Under the pieces are notes generated by a model. That model worked only from the letters and a program-made list of their open reading frames with translations, did not search any database and was not told the DNA's origin. A stretch of DNA of 64,000 bases from Geosiphon pyriformis uo1 (lineage: Eukaryota; Fungi; Glomeromycota). Position numbers and translations under genes: made by a program. This document shows, in pieces, positions 48,966 to 61,200 of this stretch; the stretch's first letter is position 1, and every line of letters starts with the position of its first letter. The DNA lies in NCBI GenBank assembly GCA_016748015.1, contig JAAOMT010000727.1:282203-346202 (forward strand), read 5' to 3'.

Positions 48966-50527
48966 GTATCCAAAAGAATATCATCATCATTGCCATCAAT
49001 GAAAAGTTAATCTTCTCTAATAGTTTGCTTAATGTCTTTATGGTTTTGACCTTTGAACCAGTAAATGTTTGATTAAGATTACCTACAGCAAGAGCACTAC
49101 CTTCACCATAATTGAAACTAGTCTCTTCAACCAGGCATTCTTCCTCCATGTTAATACTCTCAGACTCAGTAGTGTCACCAGTCTCAGAACTCTATAAACG
49201 GCTATTTTGAACTATAAGACCAATATTTTCACCACAAAAACCATCTTCTAAAATGCCACCTTTCTTTTTTTTTCTCAGAAGAACAGGTCTAAAGCCATCA
49301 TTAGAACCAGAACCTTTGGTAGTTTTCTTTATGACAGCAATACTACAGCCAACAGTTATCTCATAGTCAAGAATAAAGAGTTTAGATTTATCATACTGAA
49401 TTGTAAAAAACTTCTTTCAAAAACTTTTGACTTTTTTTTAGGATTTTGGGATGAAGGAGAGAAAAAAGTTTTTTAAGTTTTTTTTTTTAAGTATAGATTT
49501 TTATTATAGTAATTATAAAATTATATAATTAGTATTTATTTAAATATAAATAAAGTATTTTAAAAAAATTGTTTTGTTGAATTTAAAATTTTTTTTCAAA
49601 ATATATTTAATGTATTTATATATATACAAATTAAATACTAAATTAATTAAAACATAATTGTATAATAATTTTATTTTTTTTAAAAGTAATTATATAGTAT
49701 TTACATAAATAAATAATAATTTTTTTATATATCTTATTTTTGCTACTTTAATAATTGTTATTAATAGTAATTTGTTTTCTTTAAATTATATTTTATATAA
49801 AGTATTAAATACTATAAATAAATTTTTAAATAATATTTTATAATTTAGTGCTATATGTATTAATATTATTTAAAAATTTGTTAATTTAAAGATTTTTTAC
49901 TTAAGTTTTTTGTATAAAACACAGAAACTTAATAATTTATTAACTTTTAATACTTAGTATCTAACTTTTTCTGCTTTTTTTAATAGATTTATTCTGGTGT
50001 TTTTTACTTTTTTGGTAACTTATTCAATTTTAAGATGTTAATTTTATATTTATAGTCTACAAATACTTTAAAACATTAAGCATTACCCTATCATTAAAAT
50101 TTTTAATCTATTTATTATGTATTATTAGGTAGTTGAATATTGTTAATTAGTATTGAATTTAGTATTTTTGGCATGATTTCTAACTTATGGAAGTATCTGA
50201 ATTTCTTTCGAATTACTTTTTTTGCTCTTTTTAGGGTATTTGATAATTTTCTGGTCTGAACTTAATGGCTTTACTGTTTCAGAATGAAAATTGAATTCTA
50301 ATTCATTAAATTGTCTACCAAATTTTGTAAAATTCTCTTTAATTTAAACTGAATATTAAAAGACATGATATTTTTTACTAATACAGAAAGCTCAACTTTA
50401 TAGCTGGAATTATTTGCTTTATCAAAATCTAAGCTTGAATCCATAATTAAAGTTTTTAAGAATAGTTTCAACTTTTTTGGAAGTAATTCAGCTTGTTTTT
50501 GAAAAACACTATCAATTATTTAGTTAG

Positions 50528-51377
50528 TATTATGAATGATTATTTGGGGTGTCGAATCAAATAACAAATCTATAACTTGGTACTAAAAGTTATTTGTGTT
50601 GATGTTATTGTATCTGAAGGTTTTGTATCTAAAGATTTCGGTTTGAGTTCTTTGTATAATGGACAGAGATTCAATAGTTGTTTTATTTATAGCTTCCTAG
50701 AATCGCAATTTTGTTAATTTTTCTTTTGGCATGATGGCTGGCAATCCTTTGGTAAGTATTCTGTATCTTTTGTATATGTTCTATCCTCTCACAGAGGTCT
50801 TTTACCAGGCAATCCTTGACATTAGTAATCTAGTGCTTTATTCAACCAATTAGTGCACAACAATAAAATAAAAAAAAATAAAATAAAAAAAAGAAATAAA
50901 AGAAAATCATAAATAAGCTAAGGCGATTTTGCAAGTCAGTATCTTGTCAATAGCCGTGATCAAGAGCTATTGTTCCAGTGTGTTTAAGTATCAATTATTA
51001 TCAACATAGAGTGTTAATAGTGGAATTAGGTTTAAGATACCAAATAGTTATTTATTGTGTTTGAAAGATTGTCTAGATGAAATCTAAACTTGGAGATCTG
51101 TCTTTTTAGCTTCTAATCCTACTGCTATATATACATAATTGAAATTCCTCAATTTCTCAATTCTTCACAACAGGAATCCTGGGATTTCTGGAATCCTGCA
51201 ATTTCTTTTAGAGGAATTCTGAAATTCTGCAATTCTGCAATTCTTTGTGAGAATCCTGTAATTCCTGGAATCCTGCAATTCCTAAGAGGAATCCTGGAAT
51301 TTTACATTTTACTACGTCTACTTCTGATTGATTAATAACTATGCTAATATATATTCTCTTTATTTCTATGAATAACA
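50528..51377 (-). repeat. 3' LTR of G
   Basis: Homologous to B and H LTRs; preceded on the minus strand by AAAAGAAGGGAATAA. Confidence 0.88.
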
Positions 51378-51390
51378 TTATTCCCTTCTT

Positions 51391-52020
51391 TTAATATTGA
51401 GCTCCATTGAAATCTAACTCTGTTAATTCCCCTTCTTGAAGTATTTCCTGAATTTCATTTTCAAGAATTATTTGTGTTATTTGAGTCTGTAATTCTTCAA
51501 ATTGAGCATTAGTGATCTTTCCTAATTGATTACTGATAACCATATCCATTGTTTTGTTGAGTAAGATTTCTGGTCAATCCTGAAATGCTATGTGTATTTG
51601 GTATATGGCTCGGGCTTGTGTGGATAAGTTGTTCTTTCCCACAAAATGTTCTAATTGTTGTAGTATTCTTGTGTCGAATAATTGCTTTGTTTTATTCGTA
51701 TATAGATTCTGGATATTCACGTGTTGTTCCAAGTAAAAATAACAATAGTTTCTTGAAAATTGTTGTATCCATCAATTCCAAGTTTCTTTAGTCAACTCTT
51801 GGTATAGTAACTCTTTTGTCAACTCTTTTATTGCTAATTTTACTTTCGCAATGATTTTGTCAACAGTATTTTCTGTTTTCTTTTGTATTCTATGTGGCAA
51901 TGTCTTTTTAGTGTCTTGATATTAGATAGTTTGTTGATTAATTATAATTTCCATCTCTTGGTGTTGAATTAATTGAAAGAGTTGTTGTGCTAGTGAGTAG
52001 ATGTTGTTTGTAATTTCCAT
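51391..52020 (-). pseudogene. Element G ORF3
   Basis: MEITNNIYSLAQQLFQLI...QLGKITNAQFEELQTQI...DFNGAQY*. Confidence 0.7.
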
Positions 52021-52074
52021 TTTTCTGATATTTCTTGTCATGTCTACTATGTCTTTATATATTCTTTTGATGGA

Positions 52075-53457
52075 TTAATTTAACGTGTTGTTGTCAATGA
52101 TGATAATTGGTTCCAAATCTCATGGAATTTTCTCTGGTTGAACTAGTATCTTCTGTACTTCTAATTGTGGAATATTACTGGTGGATGGTGGTGTGATGTT
52201 GTGGTATAGTTTCAGTCAATCTCCATGTGCTGCTTTGGTTAAAATTTTGTTATCCAGTCTTAATTTGTAAGCTCCATTCCCTAGAATTTCTTCTATGTGA
52301 AATGGTCCATCCCATTTGGGGTCAAATTTTCCACTCCATTGTTTTTCTGCTTTGGTACAATGTAAGAGTACTTTGTCTTCAATCTTGAATTTAACTGGTT
52401 TGTCTGGTAGTTGATTATTATGTCTTTCTTTCTGTTTCTCTTGTAACTTTTGTATGTTATCAGCTGCTCTTTTTTGTTTGTTTTCTAATGTTTCTATTAA
52501 GTCATATGTTTTTTTTAACAATGTTTCTTGGAAATTTTTTTCTGTTATTGGTTCAGTTAGATATGGGTTAATCTCTATCTCAACTGGTAATGTTGCTGTT
52601 CTACTGTATATCAATTCAAATAGTGTTGCTTGTGTGGTGTCTTGCTTTATTGTCCGATAAACAAATAATACTGATGGTATGAACAAATCTCATTCATCCT
52701 GGTTTTTTTGGCTGAGTTTCATTATTGCTTCACACAATGTTCTATTAAATCTTTCAACTAATCCATTGGTTTGTGGATGGTATGGTGATAATAGTGGTCT
52801 CTTAATTCCGAATCTTTGGCTTAGTTCTGCTAATGTTCTATTCACAAAATGGGTTCTTTGGTCTAATAATAGTTCTTTTGGACATCCATGTCGACAAATC
52901 AGATCTTGATAGACAAATTTGGCAACAAATTCTGCATCTACTCTTTGAATTGCTTTGGCTTCTGGCCATTTAGTAAGATAGTCCATGGCTGCTGCAATAT
53001 ATCTGTTGCCTCTGCTGGTAATTGTCAATGGTCCAACTAAATCGATTCTAATGCAATCAAATAGTTGTCCCACTTTGATTGGTTTCAATAGTTTGCTGGG
53101 TTTTGTTCCTCCTCTTCTTTGACAAGCATCACAATTTTGCACATATTAGATGATATCTGGATATATTGATGGCCAATAGTATTTCTTTCTGGTTCTTTTC
53201 ATGGTTGTTTCTTTATGAAAATGTCCTGTAGTTGGATCTGAATACATGTTGAACAGTATTGTCTCTTTTTCTGGCTCTGTAATTACTCTTGTTAGTTGAT
53301 TTAAATCTTTTATATTTTTTTGATAAAGTATATTTTGGTGAGTGATAAAATATTTGGATTGTTGTTTGATCCTCTTTTGTTCTGGTTAAGATAATTTCTC
53401 CTTGAACTGTTGAGTATCTATATAATGTTGAAGTTGTTGATATTTTTGTGTGTTCAT
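52075..53457 (-). pseudogene. Element G integrase (separate ORF)
   Basis: MNTQKYQQLQHYI start; CDAC, DYLTKWPE, PYHPQTNGLVERFNRTL, KWDGPF. Confidence 0.9.
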
Positions 53458-56400
53458 TTTTTGTTATATTTTCATAAGTATTGTTTTGGTTTTGTTATAT
53501 TTTTGGGTTGAAATGTTCTTAGATTTGTTTCATTTTCGACAAACTGTCAGCATTTTCATTGTTTTTTCTTTTTTTATAATGTACTGTATAATTAAATGGT
53601 AAAAGTTCTATTTTCTATCTGGCATGTCGATCATCTGCAAATTCTTGTTTCTAAATTGAAGTCAATCTTTTGTGATCCATATATATTTCAAATTTTTGGC
53701 TCAAGTATTCTCTCCATTTTATGACTGCTCAATAGATTGTTAAGTATTCCAATGCTGATGTTCCATAGTTCTTTTCAGCTGGACTTAAGCTTCTATTGGC
53801 ATAAGTTACTGAATGTTCTTTTCCATCTGGTTTTTTTTGTGATAGTACTGCTCCCAATGCTTGACCTGATGCATTGGTGGTGATTATAAATAGTTTGCTG
53901 TAATCTGGATACATCAATACTAGAGCTTGGATAAGCTTTCTTCTTAATGTGTCAAATGCTTCTTGTTGAGCTTTGGTCTATTCATACTTCACATTTTTGG
54001 TCTGTAGATGGTGAAATGGCTGAGCCAGTTTTGAAAAGTCTTTGATAAAATGACGATAATAGTCTGCAAAACCTAAAAATGCTCTTAGTTCTGTCAAGTT
54101 GGTTGGTACCAAAAAGTTCTTAACTACTTCAATCTTGTCTGGACCCATTTTGATTTCATCTTTGCTCACTACATGTCCCAAAAACTTGAGTTCAGTTTTT
54201 CCAAAAAAACATTTGGTTGTGTTTAGTTTCAATCTTGATCTTTTCAACCTTTCAAACACTTATTAGAGATAATACAGATGATTATCAAATGTTTTTGAGA
54301 ACACATTGGTGTCATCCAAGTATACAACTACTGATTTTTATAGTAATCCAGTATAGACAATTTTCATGAGCCATTGGAATGTTGCTGGAGCATTCATCAA
54401 GCCAAATGACATAACTTCAAACTCAAAATTTTCTTCTTTTGTGGTAAATGCTGTTTTTTTTTTGTTGGCTGGATCCATGGCTACTTGCCAGTAATCACTA
54501 TCTAAGTCCAGTGTTAAGAACTATTTATTTCTTCCAAAAGCATCAAATAATTCTTGGATCTTTGGAGTTGGATAGCTATTACCTTTTGTTACTTTATTCA
54601 GTTTCTAATAGTCTATACAAAAACGGATTTTTCCATTCTTCTTATGGACTAGTACTACTGGTGATGATCATGGACTCATTGATGGCTGAATTAGTCTGTT
54701 GTCAAGCATCCGGTTGATTTCTTGTTGAATGATCTCATGGCTAGCTGGTGGTACTCTGTATGCTCTTTGTTTAATTGGCATTGCATTTCTAGTCTTGATC
54801 TGATGTTGGATGATATTGGTTCGGCCAAATTCATTTTTGCTAGCAAAGATGTCCTTGAAATTGTTGAGTAACATCTTGAGTTGCATCCATTAAAGTGGAT
54901 CTAGATTCCCTATGTTCATTTGTTCTAATTGTTCTGATTGGAGCAGAAAACATTTACTTCATCCATAGATAGTTTGTGATGTAATGTTTACATATCCACA
55001 AAGCTATGGAAAATCTGGAATGTGATTTGGTGGTTGATTCTCAACTTCAGTGGTCAAATATCCAATAATAGTTCCCTTTGGTATTTCAATGACACTTCCG
55101 GTTGTGTTGTAGATGGGAATTTTGATGTTTTTAGGGCTTTTGACTGATATGTAGAGGTTAGTAAGTCCAATCTCTCCTGATTCGCAAATAGTGGCTTCTG
55201 TTTCAAACAACTGAGCCTAATTCTTTACTTTTCTTTTTATAGGTAATATATACTGGTCATATGATGGAATGGAAATTGATTGATGGGTTGAGATAATTTC
55301 TTCTTTGTCAATAACCTCTTCTTTCACCATATTAACTAATATATCTATTTTACCCATTGATCCGAATTCCTGTATCCTTCTAGTAGTAATTTCTAATTCT
55401 TCCCTGTTTCCCACTGACACTAATTGAGCTATTTTTTCCAGAAGTAGGAATATTGCTTGTGTTATTTTTTTGTTTGGTCCTATGATATAGGCCTTTTCAG
55501 AATCATTTTGTAGCATAACAATGATATTTTCTACATACCCTGTGTCAATTATTCTTTCTATGATGTTGATTCCCTTTTTTGCTAAACTATTTCTAGATGC
55601 TAACTGGACCATGATTGTTGCTAGAATTTTCAGAGCTATTTTAAGATCAATACATGTATGCAAATTTGGTTCCAGTTTTATGGCTTCTTTTCCTGGATAT
55701 CTCAGATCAAACCCTGTGTCAGTATCATGTGCACGTTTTGGCATGAAACCTTTATTATTATCACTATACTATTTGAGTTCCTGTTCCTTGAAGAGATCAG
55801 GAAGTGCAATAAATGTTTCGGGTTTGAATTGGAGTTTGAATTGTCATAATTTTCATTGCCATTTGAAGCAGAGCTGGAACCGTTGTTTTTGTTATTGTCA
55901 TTGTCAGAGTTTGAATTGGGATTGAAAGTTGATTCCGATTCTGATGCACAGCTGTTGATTGGTTTTTCATCTTCTGGGATTGTGTAGATCATGTATGGTG
56001 GTAAATTGTAAATGAGATTACACTCATTACAATACTAGAAGTCACATGAAATCAAACAGTGGTCACATAGTTGAGTGTTAATTTCTTCTAAGTGTTGTTT
56101 CTGCTCTTCTATTGTAGATGCTAATTGCTGGTAATGTTTATAGAATTCTTCTGGATCGTCTTTGATGTTGCCAAAGATGTCAAAAGTTTGGACATATTTA
56201 GGTTCAGGAAGAAATAAAGAATTGTTTTTTATTTCCAGTAATTCGCTGATTGTTGTGCCTTCTGCTTTCACATATGCCATTCTCCAAAGTTCATGTTTGT
56301 CATGGAGATATTCTTCTAATTGTCATAATGTTTTTTTCCATGCATCATCGATTGGTGTTCCTTTGCATACCCAGTTGTTTATTAAGATGGTTTATTGGCA

Positions 56401-57362
56401 TGTCTTGTTGTACATTCCTCTTCATCCAGGAATGTTATTCCACATTTCTTCATCAGGCAAGATAGTTCCACATACAAAACATGGTTGATTGTCCCACTTT
56501 CCTTGTCATTTCGGTCATCCAAAGCATTCTATAATGCATGCGCAGCAGTAAAATTTAGTGGCCATTGAATATTCCTTATTGTCACTACAGCACACGCCCA
56601 TTGACGACAATTTCTTGCCACAATCAACACATATTAGCTTTGGTCAATGATAATTAGTTGGTGGTAATGGATAAATGTGTGAGTTATGAGTAGTGGTGTT
56701 GGTAAGTATTGTTTCTTCTTCCTTCTTTTTTCCCTTCCTTTTATTGTTTTCTTTGCTTTCTTTCCATTTCCAGCTCGATGTCAGTTTGTCATTATTGGTC
56801 CAAGTCAGGTTATCTGTTTCTCAGGTAAGTTCTGCTCTTTGTTTTCCTTTCCCATTGTTGTTGTCGTTCCAAGAAGGTATTGGCAGCAGTTCGTTGTGGT
56901 CGACATTGACCCATGATACTTGATATGCTTCTCACATTGGTTTGTTTTCTTCCTCCTCAAATTTGATAAGTAGTGTTGTTGTCTTGATGTTGCTGGGTTT
57001 AAAATGGCCACACATTGCTAAAACTTATGTGTGTTGGCCATTTTGGCTGAGTTGGAGTTCTTAAGTCATCCAATCGAGCATAGCATTGGTTTTGAATAGC
57101 CAGTCATTACCAACTAGTGCTTGGTATTGGGTGGCTTCCATCACCAGAACTTTGATGGATACTATGATGCTATTGACTTCAATTGGGAAGTCATTAATTT
57201 CGCAAATTGGGGTTTTGGTGGCTCTATCCATGGTGATAATTCTGGTACTGGCAGCACAATTAACTCGGTGACCTAATTGATTCATAAGTTGTTGTGTAAT
57301 GATGCTGCCTGCTAAACCACTGTCAAGGATTAATTTGATGGAGTGGCCATCGACCTTAGTGT

Positions 57363-58237
57363 TGTTACTCAAAGAAATATAGGAAATATATTAGTCTAAT
57401 TATTAGCCAATCAGAAGTAGGCATAGTAAATGTGGAATTTCAGGATTCCTTTCAGAAATTGCAGGATTCCAGGAATTTCAGGATTCCCCAACGAGAAATT
57501 ACAGGATTCCTCTCAAAGAAATTGCAGGATTCCAGGAATTCCAGGATTTCTGTCGTGAAAAATTGAGGAATTGAGGAATCTCAATTATGTATATATAGCA
57601 GTAGTGTTAGAAACAGAAAAAAAAAGAATCAATACCACAGAATTCTTGGCCTAGAGATGCAATCATCAAATAAAAAAATTAATTATTTCATATTTCAAAT
57701 TCACTCCCCACTATCAACCCTTCATGTTGATAGTAATTGATACTTAACCACACTGGAACAATAGTTCTTGATCATGGCTATTGATGGGATACTAATCTGC
57801 AAATTGCCTTGGCTTATTTCTTTGCTTTCTTTATTTTCTTTTATTTCTTTTTCTTTATTTTATTTTGATTTGTTGTTGTATACTAATTGATTAAAGATTA
57901 AGCGCTGAGTTATTGACGTCAAAGATAGCCTGGTAAAAGACCCAGAAATAAGGGTAAGATTTTATATATTATCGGATAGCTTACCAGAAGGGCATGACTA
58001 CCAGACTAAATCAGGCTACCACGCTGAGAAAGAAATTGGGAAAACTCTTGGAAAGATACATCTACTATCAACACTATTGAATCTCTGTTCATTATACAAA
58101 GAACTCCACCAAAACCTTCAGATCCATCAAAACCTTCAGATACAACACCTTCAGAATACTATCAACTGCAATTAGCTTTGAATACCAAGTTACAGGTTTG
58201 TTATTTAATTCAACAGCAGAAATAATCACCTGTAACA
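57363..58237 (+). repeat. 5' LTR of H
   Basis: Short CAGGATTCC/CAGGAATT array at 57435-57585; TATA at ~57590. Confidence 0.92.
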
Positions 58238-58256
58238 TTTGGTGCTCCCTGTAAAG
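58238..58256 (+). promoter_or_regulatory. Primer-binding site of H (same type as B and D)
   Basis: TTTGGTGCTCCCTGT directly after the LTR. Confidence 0.85.
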
Positions 58257-61200
58257 TATAATCTTACAGAGAACCAACACCGACAACACCAAACCAAAAA
58301 TGGCAGAATCAGAAAACATAGGAGCAAACCATTTAGGATTCGCAAAATCCTTATTTCAACACTATTGTCAATATTTGGGATTAAACCACAATTATATATC
58401 CACTGAATCAGTCTTCAATTTCTATGTCAATGAAAAAATTTCCTCTTTATTAGGAACACCAGTGAATATTGAATCAGCAAGAGAAACTTTCTATAAAGAA
58501 TTAATTCAAAACACCAACCTACCAACAAATCATAATTTCACATCCATCATTACTGAGATCAACAAAGAAATTGAACAGCACACTTAACAAAGATATCCAA
58601 TTACATATGCTAGTAAAGGCAAAGGAAAATTACAAACACCAGCAGTAACACCCAGAAAAATACAGCCACCTGCTTGGAAGAAAAACAGAGTTGAATCTCC
58701 AAGCAACCCATCCTACCACTATACACTTGGAAGTGCCATCAACATATCATCAACAGACGTGTTCCCATCAACTGCGACATTAGCATTTGGACGATTTTTA
58801 TTTCAAAGTAGACAAAAGAAAACAGAATTGCTATAACCATATGGCAAATACTTTGAGGGATTTAATTCGTGATCATCAACCCCATCAGAACTTTGATCAC
58901 CACTGTCTCCACCAGATTTCGGAATCTCTGATCTGTGGAAAGCAACAGAATCAGAAAAAGAGGAAGAAGAATTAGAGGATCAAAAATTCACTTACCAAAA
59001 CTCGATCACTAAAAACCCGGAAGTTGAAACCCCGAATCTTTAAGCTCAGCAAAAATTAAATATAGAAAATTTGGAAATCGGAACTCTGAATCAGCAAAGG
59101 CAGAACAATCCAAACCCCGAATTAATTAATCAGCAAAACTTCCGGTAATCATCATCGATCAACCACCAATTAATCCAATAGCCGAACCCATACAACAGTC
59201 ACTTCAACTACCACCCCAACACCCAGTACAACAACAACTGCTTTAACAGCCACCACAACCACCTAACTTAGATCCAATGGCCTATGCACCAATCGCAAAA
59301 CTCGACAACTTTACTGGCAAAGAGAATGACGCTCAAGTATGGCTGAATGATGTAGAAAAAGCCATCGCAGCCAACAGATGGAATGACGCCCAAGCAATGC
59401 AAGCCATTCTCTACTTTCTCAAAGATACCACTGATTCATGGTATCAGAGTTTGGTTAATAAATCACAAGATTTCAATGCCTTCAAAGCAGAATTCCTAAG
59501 ATACTTCAGCAACAATAACAGCATCAATCGCCTAGTTAATGCATTTATTACCATAAAACAAGGAGAAACTGAAGTAGTCACCACTTACCTGAAATGCTTC
59601 CATCAAAACCTATGCCAAATTCAAGCAATTGATGCCAATTATTTCACAGCATCACAGATACTCAATCAGTTTATCCGTGGTCTGCGCAGCAGCATCTTGC
59701 AACATGTACGTCCATTGCATCCAGGTACCTTTCAAGATACAGTTACATGTACCAAAGATTTTGAATCCGCCAAGTCAGAGGCTAACCACGCCCAAGCCAT
59801 TAATCTAGTAATGAACGGATTATCTGAATTGAATTCCAAATTGGAGAAGTTCAATGAATCAATTAATAAGAGATTGGAAGGATACTTAGCTGACAATTAT
59901 GCCATTTATCAGTCTCTACAATGATACAATCATCAAGGAAACTCTAATCGTGCCCAAAATCAATCTCATCTATTTTCATTGACCAATCAACAGTGGCAAC
60001 AGAAAACACGTATCTGTCACTATTGTGGTAAACAAGGACATATCCAAATGGACTGTCGCCAGTGTCTAAATAACCAACAATCGGGAAATCAATATTGAAA
60101 TCCCGATTGCCGGTTCCAAACTCCAAATCATTATCCAAATCAGAGTTAAGACCAATATCGAAATAATTACCTGCCAATAACACAGCAACCAATCTATCAA
60201 CTGCCAGTATATCAACCTCTGATTCATCAGCCACAGTCACAAGTAATATATCAACCACAGCCACCAATCATCTATCAAACTTCACCAATTCAAACACCAC
60301 CCCAGAACTCAGCTTAAATAACACCAAGCAACCCTCAGTCCAGAGTCACTCAAAACTAGAGATCGGCAATAGTTGTTTACCAACCGATCCCCAGTTTGCT
60401 AAACTCACCATCAGGATCACGCACCTAGAATTTGGATACTAGTCGCATTCAAAACCCAAATTCCCAATACTATTTAAGTCTTTTGGTTACCTCAGAAGAT
60501 ACCACATCCAACAACATGGAATTCAATCAGCATGTACTTACCAACACAATTCTACTGGCAACCATCTCTAGTGACGAATTCCTAGCAGCCATCTTTTCGA
60601 ACTCAAAAAAAACACACCAATACTGTTATTCAGTAGAGCCGCCCTTGAAGAAAAACCCATAACAGCCATATACACGGATGCTAGAGTTGATGGTCACTCC
60701 ATCAAACTCATCCTAGATAGTGGATCAGCTGGCAGCATAATCACAAGACAGCTCATGGATCAATTAGGTCACTGAGTTGATTGAACTGTCAGTACTAGAA
60801 TCATCACTGCTGATGGCACCACCAAAACACCTATCAGCGAAATAGATGATTTCTCTATAGAAATTAATGGCATCATAGTACCCATCAAAGTCTTAGTAAT
60901 GGACATCACCCAATACCAAGCCCTAGTTGGTAATAACTAGCTGTCCAAAACCAACGCTGTGCTCGATTGGACAACCCAAGAGTTAATACTCAGCCAGAAT
61001 GGAAGACACACATGAGTACCAGCAATGTGTGGCCACTTTAAGGCTACCAACACCATGGCACCACTAATCGACCTCAACGAAGAGAAACCAAAGCCTACCT
61101 GGGAAGCTTACCAAGTGTCATGGGCTGACGAAAAGCACAATAAACTACCACCAATACTCTTCTGGGATGACAACAACAAGGAAAAAGGGAAACAAAAGAA

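Larger units (their letters stand above)
44983..49400 (-). pseudogene. LINE ORF1 (interrupted by solo LTRs E and F)
   Basis: Fragments 48907-49149, 47706-47957 and 45538-45912 (CAECEKLDHMLLAC knuckle) and 44983-45201; start approximate. Confidence 0.8.
20110..49450 (-). mobile_element. Non-LTR retrotransposon (LINE) with ORF1 and ORF2 (APE-RT-RNase H-Zn finger), interrupted by C, D, E and F
   Basis: Sequence rejoins across each insertion once one TSD copy is removed (for example GATTTA-CTGG-TAAAGCCAG-TTGC-CATATG); 3' poly-A at ~20110; 5' end approximate. Confidence 0.9.
50528..57362 (-). mobile_element. Ty3/Gypsy element G, 3' portion; protease interrupted by H
   Basis: Protease LILDSGLAG 57061-57362; Cys-rich domain 56020-56650; dUTPase 55360-55770; RT/RH to stop 53519-53521; IN 53457-52075; ORF3 52020-51391; PPT; LTR 50528-51377. 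Confidence 0.92.

Noticed and set aside
50050-50527. Possible decayed coding fragment flanking G
   Set aside because: Slightly higher GC but no recognisable motif; cannot be assigned without a search.
55217-55744. Host dut gene
   Set aside because: Embedded between protease and RT inside LTR elements, four times.
57435-57585. CRISPR-like array
   Set aside because: Contiguous short repeats without unique spacers, inside eukaryotic LTRs.
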